NCBI RefSeq assembly: GCF_964194025.1
Contig: NC_134476.1
Coordinates: 65,100,001-65,164,000 of the forward strand
DNA from: Convolutriloba macropyga
Lineage: Eukaryota
DNA: 64,000 nucleotides
Direction: 5' to 3'
Part shown: positions 12,500-24,465 of the stretch, piece after piece
How the letters are laid out: each line of letters begins with the position of its first letter
Numbering within the stretch: the first letter of the stretch is position 1
Notes under the pieces: generated by a model
Told to the model about the DNA's origin: nothing
Database searches by the model: none
The model's input: the letters and a program-made list of their open reading frames with translations, nothing else
Position numbers and translations under genes: made by a program

Positions 12500-13649
12500 G
12501 TCAGTTTTAAATTTAAAAAATAAACAAAATTGACAATTAACTTTAAAAATCCTTTTTCGTCACATTTTTTTATGTTGGAGCGTTAAGGTGGGCGAGTGGG
12601 GGAGGGGGGTGGGTGGAGTTAAGGGTTGGAGAAAGTATTGTGAAAACGTCTCGTATAATAACAGAATTGAGTTATTTTATGTGCCAAGTTTTGGAGATTA
12701 AAATTTGAATTAGTATGATGGTACGTGATTAGATAATTGCCATCTATTCTGTGCCCCTCGTGTCGAGGTTTCGGGAAAACGAAAAGAGACGAAATCCGTT
12801 TCTTGATCATAAAATGGAGGTCTTTGTCATGTAAACAGAGTTCAAGTTTTTCATTGGTATAACCCAACTTAACTTCTACAAAACTGAATGTCAAGGAACT
12901 TTGATGCGTCAGAAACTGCAGACGTGGAACTATCCAGTAATTCTCTATCAAAAGAGTTCAAAAATTCAAAAAAAAAAACATTATTAGGGAAAATAATTAC
13001 GATTCATTTGTAATCATACAGGGATCATATTTTTTCGATGGTTACATACTTGAAGCTGCGGGGAAAATGTTATGATTTTTAATTGCTCTTGAACGAAGTT
13101 CATAACAATTATTGTAAACGTGTGTGTCTTTTTACGACTCGAAGAGGAGTATTGAGATTCTACAGGGTTTGTTTTAGCAGAAAGCAAGTTTTTTCAAGGC
13201 TTGAATTTTGACTTCTTTCTGTTGGAGCATTTACCTCCGTTTTTGATTGTTGACTTCTGTTGTCGGCATTTTTAAAACACTTTAATGTAGTTTGTTGGGC
13301 TACTTTTGTTTGTTTTCTCTTGTCTGTTTTGATGTTCTGATTTCGGTAAGGTTAGGTTAGAGATTATAATGCACGACGATTCGAGTGGTTTCCGGTATTC
13401 TACCGGCTATGTTTTTTAGCCGAAAGCAAGTTTCTTCATAACTTGGATTTTGACTTCTTTCTGTTCGAGCAATTAACTTCGTTTTTGATTGCTGACTTCT
13501 GTTTTCGAACATTGTCTTTGTTTAACAGTAGCTTCGTTTGTAATGTATAGTAATTTGGAACTGCTGGTTATTGATCAATGTGAAGAGGTCATTTTAAGAT
13601 TTTTTTTCCTTTATAAGTCACCCCTAATTATCTAAACTACACTGCACAA

Positions 13650-14016
13650 ACCCACCTCCCCTACCGCATATCTACTATCTGCCCCCCCCCAACACCTACC
13701 TACCCCCCCACCCCTCCCCACCACCCCCCCCCCCAACTTACACCCCACCTACCCCTAGCCCCTCCCTTCACCTAGCTACCCCCCAAATACCCCCCACAAC
13801 TACCCCAGCACTACCCACCTCCCCAACCTATCTACCCACCCAGCCAGCTATCTACCTCCCCCCCCCCCGCCCCAACTTACGACCCCACCTAACCCTACCC
13901 CCAAACTACCCCCTCCCTTCACCTAGCTACCCCCACCTACCCCCCCAAACAATACCCCAGCACTACCCTTTTCCCAACCTATCTACCCACCCGCCGCACC
14001 TAGCTCCCCCGCACCT
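13650..14016. repeat. C-rich degenerate minisatellite (ccccacctac-like), two ~160-bp superunits
   Basis: Visible C-runs; flanking ~125-bp direct repeat at 13261-13386 and 14024-14147. Confidence 0.85.
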
Positions 14017-16133
14017 AAAAAAATGTCGGCATTTTTAAAACACTTTAATTTGGTTTGTTGGGCTACTTTTGTTTTTTTCTCTTGTTTATATTGATGTTGT
14101 GATTTCGGTAAGGTTATGTTACAGATTATAATGCACTACGATTCGAGTTTTTTATGCAAAAATTTCGCTTGACAGTTTCGACTTTTCGAGTGACTTCTAC
14201 GCCCCTGATTATTTCGCTTCGCGTGATCTAAAATTCTCTCTCAATCATAATTTCGAGCAACTGAACTAAATTGGTGGCAATTTAATACAAGAAGGCAAAT
14301 CAAAAGTGCGCCGAAACTGCTGCCATTTTTCACTTTAAATCTTAATAGTGGTAAATGTTAACCTCTTATGTGGTTATTTGAAGCCGTCTATTGAACTTCT
14401 TAGTCCCATTTAGACTCCCCCCCCCCCCGACTGAAGCAGGCTGTAATTGATTAGAGCTCCCTCTAGTCGTTCGAGAGCAATTCTTCCGACGTTTAGTCGG
14501 TTATGTTTATTAAACCATACATGAGATCCGCATGACCTAAAAAATGGTTGACCCTGGACCCCAAGGTACATACAGATCTGCCAAATCCAGATAATTTTTC
14601 AAAAACTGATGGGTTTTAAACTGATTTCTTATTAACGTATAATATATTCTCTGATCCTGTTTAACTAATAATTAATCCGGAAACGCAAAAAACAGGTACT
14701 ATTTCATCTATTTAAAACACCCGAAAAAACTAATAAAATTCTGGCTCGCAAGTTTTTGGTTTAACATTTCAAGTCAACGATATTTTTTTCATAAAAGTCT
14801 CCGTTTAAATTGTTATTTTATGTGCTTAAGGACACTTTTCGACTGTAAACAACTTGAATTTAGACTTTTCAAATCTTGGCCATGGCTAGATAAATGACTG
14901 CCAAGTAAAAAACTGACAGGACCGTAAACCTGGCTTAGTAATGAACAGAGATTTGTAATGACAACTGCCTAGAAATGAAGTTCACTCGACATTGTGTCAT
15001 AATCCTCCCTATATCCAAATACTGCACAATTTTACTCAACCTTGATAATAGTAAAGTAAATCATTCGCTGTATTATCGCTCCTGATTTAGTGAACTGGTT
15101 TATAAGTCTCAAGCTTAGATAAAATTATGTTGGGTAATAAATACTTACAATTAAAAACAATTACCTAATACATACTGTAATAAATATACGTCTGTTAATA
15201 GAGTACTTGATACCTATTATTTATTACATACTGTTTGTAAAAAAATAATAGGTATCAAGTATTCTATTAACAGACAGCTCTTTGTTCTTAAAGCAACAGG
15301 GCTTACCGAAACTTTCGAGCTGCACAAATTTGTACTTATAAGCTGTTATCAAAACGAGCGTTAAATGTGTTGTGTGAAATATATCATAGCTAGCACTTAA
15401 AAAATTTCTCACTTCTCAATTTTTGAGTAGTCAATTTGGATAAGCTTCAATCGCAAAATAACTTAGACGGAAATTTTCAAATTAATGGACGAACTGAATC
15501 TCGGCGTGGCAAGAGTATTGTCATTTTTCAACTCAGAGGTTTCTCTGGCTCTCAACTTTGTGTCAATAGAGAACCATCTCTCCCACAAAAAGTCTTGGAG
15601 AGATCCATTTTTAGTTACCGGATTGTGTTGTTTATACTTATATGAGTATCTGAAGGATGCAGGATTTGACATTTAATCATAGAAATGTATTTACCAAATG
15701 GTGTTTCAGTATTTGTTCAACAATTTTTTTTTTTAAAAAAGTGTCAATTAATTTAGGACTCTCATGTTGTAAGAAGCCAAACTTTCGTGTGACTCAAGTT
15801 ATTATAAGTCTTTGTGACCTTAAAAAGTGTTTAAAATTAAACTGTGAAGGTGCCTCTACGGTTACAACTAGGTCCAGCTTTTACTCTAAAAAATGTCTAG
15901 GTAAATATGCCTGCGACGTTTGCAGGTAAGCAAAATTGCAGGTAATATTACCTCAGTAAACAAAGTGAGAAAAAGTGAGAAAACAAAATAAGAAAAGAAA
16001 GTGAAAAGAGAGTGCGAACAAAATAAGAGAAGAAATTGAAAAAAGAGAAAGAAAGAGAGAGGAGAAAGTTAGAAAAGGAACAGAAGAAAACGAGGAAGGC
16101 AAGTGAGAAAAGAAATCAAAAAAGAGAGAAAAG

Positions 16134-16577
16134 GGATCTTTTCAACAATTGCCCCCCCCCTTTGGTACCTAGTAGAGAATCGCCACCCCTTTTGTGCTAT
16201 ACTTTACCACAATATTAGTTGGCCTACAGTTTAGATAGCCGAATATCAGTTTAAGTGCAATTGCGGACCGCCGTTCACGGCCATGCCTCTCACGCGCTGT
16301 GGGATGTAATCCGGAAATCGCGGGTCGGTTATCGCGGCGAAGCCGCGACGCGCGCGAAGCGCGCCCACCGACCCGCCAGTCGGAAATTCTTTTCGCTTTG
16401 TATTCCAATTCGGCTAATTGCCCTAGCATGGCGCACTTTATTCTATCCAGTTTAACACAGTATGAGCATACACGGAAAGTTTAGTCGTCTCTGATTGGTT
16501 AATAAATCGCTCGCTTAAATTCTATTCAAGAATAGGCCCCCCTTTTGCAAAAGGGGGGGCAATTGTTGGAAAGATCC
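16134..16577. mobile_element. Longer GG...CC non-autonomous DNA transposon with CpG-rich core
   Basis: TIR ggatcttttcaacaattgccccccc / gggggggcaattgttggaaagatcc; perfect TSD gagaaaag. Confidence 0.9.
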
Positions 16578-17238
16578 GAGAAAAGAATTAGCGAAAAGAA
16601 AGTTAGAGAAGAAAGTCAGAAAAGGAAGTGAGAAAAAGGAGGAAAAAAGTCATAAAAGAAAGTGAGTGAAGAAAATCAGATTTTGAGAATAGATCCCAGA
16701 TATATAACAAATCCGTCTAAAAATTTCATAAACACCCAAAATTTGCGTAAATTCAGGCAATTTTTCCTGTGTGAATACTTACCACGATTTTTTTGTGCGC
16801 AAACTTCAACTCCCTTTGTTATGGTACCGCACAATTTTTTGTGCTTTCATCATTTGCATATCCTTCCATGGGAAAAGCTGGAAATAGCATTTCCCGTCCA
16901 AAACTTCATTAAAATAGCGAGAATATTTATGCTAGGCTGTTGAATAATAGGATCAATAGTTTTTTTTTCTGAAGAAATCGAACTTATTAAAAACTCAATG
17001 TGTAAAATGCGATTTCATTATTTCTTCATATTTGTTCTCATGTTGTATTTCCCTTCCCACTATGGCTATTTTTCATTCTGTGTAATCTTTTAATCGCAAC
17101 GAGCTTTGCTCTTTTTTCAAATTGAAAAGACTAAATTATGCTGATATTCTGACGTTGAATTTGTGCATACATTATTTGAAGAAAATCGCACATAAAAGTG
17201 TTCGAATTCAGAACTGAATGTGAAATAATGATAATTTG

Positions 17239-17411
17239 GGATCTCTTCTGTCCCCCCCCCTCCCCCCCCCCAGTGTTTTTCACGCGAAGTTACAAATTTT
17301 ATGAATATAACACTTTACTATGTAAAAATATAGCACGTGCGCTTGGGGGCGTAAAAAAATATAAGCCCACTAAGTTGGGGGGGGGGGGGGGTTGGCAAAC
17401 AGAATAGACCC
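17239..17411. mobile_element. GG...CC MITE, ggatctattctgtt subtype
   Basis: TIRs plus TSD ataatttg/agaatttg. Confidence 0.8.
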
Positions 17412-17614
17412 AGAATTTGTTTAGTTTTGGCGGTTAATAAATTGTTGGTTATAAATTAAACCAATACTGGTATTCGGCTTTTCATCCTTTTGGCTACAAT
17501 TGTTGGCGTCCGATTATTCAAAATCTGAAACTTATAGCCGAAATTCAGGCACCCCCAAAGATTAATAATTAATATTTGACTGATGTGTACTGAAAAACTT
17601 GTTCTCAATTATAG

Positions 17615-18462
17615 ATCGCAATTANNNNNNNNNNNNNNNNNNNNNNNNNNNNNNNNNNNNNNNNNNNNNNNNNNNNNNNNNNNNNNNNNNNNNNNNNNNN
17701 NNNNNNNNNNNNNNNNNNNNNNNNNNNNNNNNNNNNNNNNNNNNNNNNNNNNNNNNNNNNNNNNNNNNNNNNNNNNNNNNNNNNNNNNNNNNNNNNNNNN
17801 NNNNNNNNNNNNNNNNNNNNNNNNNNNNNNNNNNNNNNNNNNNNNNNNNNNNNNNNNNNNNNNNNNNNNNNNNNNNNNNNNNNNNNNNNNNNNNNNNNNN
17901 NNNNNNNNNNNNNNNNNNNNNNNNNNNNNNNNNNNNNNNNNNNNNNNNNNNNNNNNNNNNNNNNNNNNNNNNNNNNNNNNNNNNNNNNNNNNNNNNNNNN
18001 NNNNNNNNNNNNNNNNNNNNNNNNNNNNNNNNNNNNNNNNNNNNNNNNNNNNNNNNNNNNNNNNNNNNNNNNNNNNNNNNNNNNNNNNNNNNNNNNNNNN
18101 NNNNNNNNNNNNNNNNNNNNNNNNNNNNNNNNNNNNNNNNNNNNNNNNNNNNNNNNNNNNNNNNNNNNNNNNNNNNNNNNNNNNNNNNNNNNNNNNNNNN
18201 NNNNNNNNNNNNNNNNNNNNNNNNNNNNNNNNNNNNNNNNNNNNNNNNNNNNNNNNNNNNNNNNNNNNNNNNNNNNNNNNNNNNNNNNNNNNNNNNNNNN
18301 NNNNNNNNNNNNNNNNNNNNNNNNNNNNNNNNNNNNNNNNNNNNNNNNNNNNNNNNNNNNNNNNNNNNNNNNNNNNNNNNNNNNNNACTTCTGCACAAAT
18401 ACAGACAGAATTTCTTCCTAGACAGATTGAGAGAAAAATGGTTTATAGAGTCCAGAACACAG
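17615..18462 (+). CDS. GRIN3-like: iGluR exon: end of S2, interrupted by assembly gap (5' boundary uncertain; firm part 18387-18462)
   Basis: After gap: LLHKYRQNFFLDRLREKWFIESRTQ then cag|gttagt; before gap an acceptor tatag|atc gca att (IAI) fits the few missing residues. Confidence 0.75.
17625..18386. other. Assembly gap (762 N)
   Basis: Run of N. Confidence 1.
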
Positions 18463-20742
18463 GTTAGTTCACCCGATCACATTAATTTCAGGTTGAAAAG
18501 GTCAAATGATAAAGGCGCAATTTATTGTGGAAGTATCTCATATTTTCGAGTCAAATTTCGGCTTCTCCAACATAATGTTGGAAAAGCCGATATTTGACTT
18601 GAAAATATGAGATACTTCCAGAATAAATTGCGCTTTTAATAGCCCCGATAGCGATAGCCGACTGGAGCTATTATTTGCCGTCTTTTGATTTTTTAACAGG
18701 GTTTGGTTTCCTATTAAGACGCTGTCTTTTATCGACTCGAATATGAATAATTTGGGAGATAATTTGGGAGTGATTTTGAAATAGGAAAAGGCAGTGCATC
18801 CTAAACTTTGTTGTTATATGCCCGCTTAAAGAATTTCAAGAGTGAAGCACGAAATCAATGGTTACTTTTTATCAAGCTTTTTCAATAGAGGAACAAAAAA
18901 GTTTACACAAATTTTCTACTAGACAACTTAGATGTTTTTCATTGAGTTTGAAAAGTTTTCAGGCTAATTTAGCCGGTTTTGGCCTATGGTTTTTGTTTCT
19001 AGCTTTTTGGGAATAGAGTTCGTAGTTTTTCTGCAATAACCGATTCATCACACTTCTTTTCGGATTCACTGTTTTAAGTGAGAAAATCGGCACAAGTTGA
19101 GAAGAACGTAACCATTTGCCTTAATCTCTTATTTTTCTCACTTTTTTTGAAAACCAGAAGAAATTTGAGTTTAGTTTTAAAGGTTTTGAATTGATTTTTA
19201 CTGTCTGAGTTATGAAATATCCTCACTTGAGAGAAGATTTTTCAATGTTATTTATAGCAGCATTTTCCAATTAGCTACTTCATATTTTCAATTAGACTAA
19301 AATTAGTTTTTCTGTAAATGTTTGATTCAAGACTGTTTGTTCTGTTGCCTTGAATTGCTAGAGTAAATAATAGTTATTTCAACGGCCAATTTTTGCGGTG
19401 AAGATGGCTTTTTGAGTCAATTCCATGGATCATTCAGCTATGTTTTGTAAGATGAGCTCGCACCTCTTGCCGATTTCTTCGCACCTCTTTCCACCTCTTT
19501 CCACCTCGCACCTCTTTCCAAGGGGCTTAGTGACCTGACACGAGGGCGCATGCGACGGGTGCTCGGCACGAGGCCCGAGGGTGACCAAGATTTTTTTCGA
19601 GCGTTTTTAGAAAACCAAAGTGTACGAAAGTGTTGAATTTCATTTGAAATAGGAGTTCAATTTTGCAGATTATTGAAAGAAAAATTTTTTTAAAGCTATC
19701 CAGGAATGGAAATTAACCAAAGTTCTCCGTCTCTGATAGCGGAGCAGCCGTTTATTGATAGCGGTTCAATTCAAGTAATGAAAGTCTTTTTGTCCTAAAC
19801 TTAGTGTCCTATTGGACACTAAGTTGAGAAAAATTAGACTTTTACTTCTTCAACGCTAGTTCAAACTTTCAAACTAACCTCTCTGGCTCGAAGTTTGAGT
19901 GACCGGAAATCGCACCCTGGGTTCTCTATTTTTGCTTTGAGCTGAGTTTGTAATCGCTTTTTGAATTATTATTCAATGCCAGTTGGAATTAATTTTGAGG
20001 CCTAGTATTTGCTTCATAATTGGTTTTTTGAATTGTTTTTTAGATGTTGTGCTGCTTTTTTCTAATTTTGTTCTCAAGAGCTTTCATTTTTAAGGATTTG
20101 TGAGACGACACTTATTTGAAACGCAGCTGGTTTTGATTCAGGCAATTTTTAAACTTAATAGCGTGCGTGTCTCTTCTTTTGCTCTTATTGACACTAGTCT
20201 TTTTTTCATGCCCGTAAACAATTTCTGGGCAAACATTGACTACCTCAAAATGAGTTTTTTCACTCTCAAGCACCTAGCGAATATTCCGTTGATTTGACGA
20301 ATCAGAAACGAAGAATCAACACCAACTGATTCAGTATTAGATTGCAAATTCTCAGATTTTACCGTTCAATTTTTAAGTAGATATTTGTGCTCTGTGCATT
20401 GAAATCACCCCGTTGTCTCATCTTACTCACCTTGCAACAAATTTATAATTATTTTTTAATACAAAAACAGCAGCGCTCAAAATTGCGGGCTGACGAATTA
20501 AATTATCTGGACATGACCGTGCATTTAACGTCGGTGTGTGTGTGTGGGGACGGGGGGTAGTAGCCTCCCTGCAGCAGACAATAAGTATCGAGTAAAATTT
20601 CTACCACCTCATCCGGGTTAGAAAATTTAGACTTGATCTTCGTCCGCGAATGATGCTAGGAAACCGGTCTCTTTTTGTTTTTTATTAATTAATCAAGTCT
20701 AGATTTCTATAGTCAATTTTTTAGTATGTTTTTTATATTCAG

Positions 20743-20937
20743 AACTGTCTCTCGGACGATGTAGAGCACAGATCTCTGGGTCTTGACAACGTGGCAGGAC
20801 TCTTCCTAGTTCTGGCTCTCACCATCCTGGTATGTGTCCTGATTCTGATAATGGAACATGTCTGCTACAGATACATTCTGCCCCGACTTCCACATCAGAC
20901 GAACCCAGACAATCGATCACTCCTATTTGTCAGTCAG
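20743..20937 (+). CDS. GRIN3-like: iGluR exon: pre-M4 cysteine, M4 helix, proximal C-tail
   Basis: ttcag acceptor; NCLSDDVEHRSLGLDNVAGLFLVLALTILVCVLILIMEHVCYRYILPRLPHQTNPDNRSLLFVSQ; donor cag|gtgtga; 195 nt, phase 0-0. Confidence 0.93.
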
Positions 20938-20959
20938 GTGTGAAAACAATTCAGATCAA

Positions 20960-21132
20960 GCCCCCCCCCCCGTACCTTTTGCGCCCCCCCCCCCCCATTT
21001 AAAGAGCCATTACATAGTAATTCATTATGTAAAAACATGATACGTGCGTCTGAGAGGTGCAAATAATATGCGCTCACTAAGCTGGGGGGGGGGGGGGGGG
21101 GGCTGGGTGTTACACACAAACGGAAAAGATCC
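20960..21132. mobile_element. GG...CC MITE with left TIR largely deleted
   Basis: Right TIR cacaaacggaaaagatcc; perfect TSD cagatcaa on both sides. Confidence 0.8.
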
Positions 21133-21193
21133 CAGATCAATAATCTGATTCCTGAACAAGTTTTGTTATTGCATTTCTCTCAAAGGAAAGTTT

Positions 21194-21356
21194 GGATCAA
21201 TTCTGTTTTGCCCCCCCCCAGTGTTTTTTACGCACCCAGTCACAAATTATATGTTGTTATATAGCACGTTACGATGTAAAAAATAGCATGTGCGCCTCTG
21301 GGCGTAAAACATATAAGCCCACTAAGCTGGGGGGGGGGGCAAAACAGAATAGAACC
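21194..21356. mobile_element. GG...CC MITE, ggatctattctgtt subtype
   Basis: TIRs; degenerate TSD gaaagttt/agaagttt. Confidence 0.8.
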
Positions 21357-21531
21357 AGAAGTTTATAGAAATGGTGTAGTCACAAATGGCTTTTGTAAGC
21401 AAGCCTTTGCTTGACAGTTTTCAATTTTTTGATGACTTTTGTGTCCCAAAGTTTACTATATGAAGCATTCACTATATTAAGTAACTAAGCCCGAGTCGCT
21501 GCACTATTAAAAATTGAATAAAAAAATCCTG

Positions 21532-21702
21532 GGATCTTTTCCGTTTGTGCCCCCCCCCCCCCCAGCTTAGTGGGTGCATATTATTATTTGCAACCCCCAG
21601 ACGCACTTGCAATATTTTTACATAATGATTTACTATGTAATGACACGTGCTCTGTCACTGGGGGGAGCATAACGTACTGGGGGGCACAAACGGAAAAGAT
21701 CC
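21532..21702. mobile_element. GG...CC MITE (Merlin-like)
   Basis: Perfect TIR ggatcttttccgtttgtgcccccc; perfect TSD aaatcctg. Confidence 0.92.
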
Positions 21703-21864
21703 AAATCCTGAAATTGGTTTCATTGTTAAACAGATAAACATCGTGTAATAATTTTTTAGATCTATAATAAATTCTATTAGCATTTGAAGCCCACCCTAGT
21801 GAAATTATTGCCCCTGCTAAAGCAAGCTACAATCAACCCCCCCCCCTTCTGCCCCAACGCAAGT

Positions 21865-22760
21865 AGAGGTGACCAGACCGACTAGACCTCTGATCAGACC
21901 ATTTTCGACCGCACACCTGTGCATGGTGCGCTCAAATTACAAGGTCTGGAAAAGTGATCGAGCGAACTTTAGTCAGGACAATGTTCTTAAACTTGTCTGA
22001 TCAAAAAAGGATTCGACCATAAACTAGTCTCATCAGCAAATAATTCGAGCTCAATTAGGTCTGTGAAGAAACTATTTCGAGTAGTTTTTTTTATTTTTTT
22101 TCGGTTTTTTCACTGAGAGATGTTAACTCTGCCAGGAGGCAACAACACAGCAGCTTTCTTTTTGCAGACTTATCTAGAGTCTAGTGGTGGTGATGAGAAC
22201 CATGGGGTCTAGCAGATAGCAAATACTTGTCCCCTTTAGAAGAAAAATTGAATAACTGTAAATCATGATGTTCTTCTTTGAAAGGTGTCCAATTTCGTCT
22301 ATCGAGTTAGAAAAATGAACCACTGGTATGCTAAATAAGTTACTTTCTCGACAAATTTTTAGCCAAATAGATTATTGAAAACATTGTTTTTATGAATTTA
22401 TTAAATTTTAGCAATATTCAAGGATTTGTTCATGTTTGATTAGTATTCTCTGACTAATTCGTACGCACCTGACTCTGATCGGAAACAACTTCAAACGCAC
22501 GTGACTCTATTCAGAAGTGATTTAGAGCGCAGTTTTTGATCAAGGGCAATTTTCAACGCGCTTGAAATGGATCAGAGGCGGTTTGGGCGGACTTGGGTCT
22601 GATCAGAGTTGGAACTGAGCGCAGATTAGTCTGATCGGAAACGACTTTCAACCGCATTGTAGTCTGATCAGAGAAAGATTTAGAGAGCGGAGTTTTGAGT
22701 AGTCTCATCAGAAATCACTTCAGTCTGGGTTGGTCTGATCAGAGGTCACCGTTGTCTCGG
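21865..22760. mobile_element. Non-autonomous element with internal ~30-bp tctgatcaga subrepeats; related fragment at ~24510-24790
   Basis: gacctctgatcagacc near the left end and ggtctgatcagaggtc near the right end; periodic motif through 22470-22780. Confidence 0.55.
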
Positions 22761-23910
22761 ACATTCGGATCAGAGAAGAATTCAGATCTTTACCTGAGAA
22801 GCAGGCTACAAAAGATTCAGTCCCCGCTTGTATTTTGAGAACAATTCGTCAGATGTTAGAATAACGATTATAGGCAACAAAGATGGTGTCATAATGATGT
22901 CGATTTGAGTTACTTTTTTCTTTTTTTACAATGGATTTAAAGCTGAAATTGAAATCTTTGTCTTTTGCTCTCTCTCAATTCAAATTAAGCTTGTAAGAGC
23001 ACTCAATTTTGAGTTTTTTGCATTGAAAAAAATCTTCAGTACATTTTTGAAATAGATTTTTTGATAGTTTAAAGGTGATCTGGAAAAGTATAGAAATAGG
23101 AAAAAAGTATAAGCAAAAAGTAAATTTCTTGCCTATCCTATCCAGGTTTAGAGTAGAAGGGGCGGGGGCTTTCTTGAATAAAATTACGCTGTGGAGCTAT
23201 TTTCTAGAAGTCGATAAAAAATTTTCGTTAGTCGAGCAAAATAATTTTTTACGCCCTTTTGGATCAAGCATCGTCTTTTTATGGTTTCAGAAAAAGTGTT
23301 TGAATAGTCCAGATCGGGTGAGCAGAACTTTTTCCTTGAACTGAACTAAATTTATCACGTTAGTCTGATTTATTTTCAAATCAGGAAAATTTTTGGAATT
23401 TATATTGCTTCTGCAAATTCTGAAGCAGCAACGGAGCAAGACTAAGCAGCATTGCGCCAGAGCAATCCAACTCAAAAGACGACTGGAAAAGGACAAAATA
23501 CGTGGACTAGAATGACATAACGTTTGATTGAATGAGACCATATACTTAACTGTTTGGCCTAATTCTCATAGATGATAAAATATGGCATACTGGCCCCACT
23601 TGTTGATTACGTTAAACGTTAAATGTGCTGAACTTGGCATTTTGGGTTGAGCAAAAGTCCAGCGTAAAAATGGAGTCCAGCCGAAGTCACGCATGAGAAT
23701 TTGAGTCGAACAGAAGTCCAGCTTGAATAGTTTTGGTCTGGCTAAAGTCCCCCCTCCCCTCAAAGTAGAGTTTAAAAACCTTTCATAGGCTAATTGGGTT
23801 GCGCGGTCTTTCCATGCCACTTTTTGGTCGATCGTGGTATTTTGATGAGTTGCGGTCTATTCCTGGGTACTCCTTTTTCCTACCACCTTAACAAAGCAAA
23901 TCGACTACAG

Positions 23911-24079
23911 GGATCTATTCTGTTTCGCCCCCCCCCCCCAGCTTAGTGAGCATAAATTTTTCATGACCCCCAGGCGCACGTGCTATTTTCCTACATAGTA
24001 ACACGCTATATAGAACATATAATTTGTAACTGGGGCTCATAAAAAACACTGGGGGGGGGGGGGGAAACAGAATAGAACC
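23911..24079. mobile_element. GG...CC MITE, ggatctattctgtt subtype
   Basis: TIRs; perfect TSD gactacag. Confidence 0.9.
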
Positions 24080-24129
24080 GACTACAGAAGGAAGTATGAA
24101 GTTTCACTAACGTGCTGCTATTTTTTTAG

Positions 24130-24235
24130 AAGCTTCATCACTTAGTGCTGCAAAACGGTCTGAACAGATTAGAGAAGCAAGGATCATCAGAACAATCGGC
24201 CAGGGAGTCTCACCAAACCAACAATTTCCTCAACC

Positions 24236-24269
<34 letters not shown>

Positions 24270-24465
24270 CCCGAAACCAATCCTTAAAGATTCCAGAAAC
24301 CCGTCCAGACATTCCATGGTCACCCCTGTTGCCTCTAGCGGGGAAGGGCGAGGGGGTACAATGGGCAAAGGGGGGCCGAGAGGGGATGCTTATCTATACA
24401 GTGAACCCCTTTTGCAGTCAAGTCCGCTAAGTGTGGGCCACAAAATGCGGGAGGCAAATGGGGAG
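24130..24465 (+). CDS. GRIN3-like: iGluR exon: cytoplasmic tail with polyQ(11)
   Basis: tttttttag acceptor; KLHHLVLQNGL...REANGE continues the SQ|KLH motif; donor gag|gttagt; 336 nt. Confidence 0.85.
24235..24267 (+). repeat. (CAA)11 coding microsatellite (polyQ)
   Basis: Pure CAA run in frame within iGluR tail exon. Confidence 0.95.

Noticed and set aside
12619-12951. 110-aa minus-strand ORF, faintly like a Polinton ATPase fragment
   Set aside because: No Walker motifs; similarity too weak to support
16036-16218. K/E/R-rich ORF
   Set aside because: Translation of a purine-rich low-complexity tract running into a MITE
17583-18597. Four long ORFs of 258-332 aa in the ORF track
   Set aside because: Artefacts of translating the N gap; only 18387-18462 (and probably 17615-17624) is coding
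22470-22780. Periodic ~30-bp motif resembling a CRISPR array
   Set aside because: Repeats are degenerate, there are no unique spacers or cas genes, and the context is eukaryotic; these are transposon subterminal repeats
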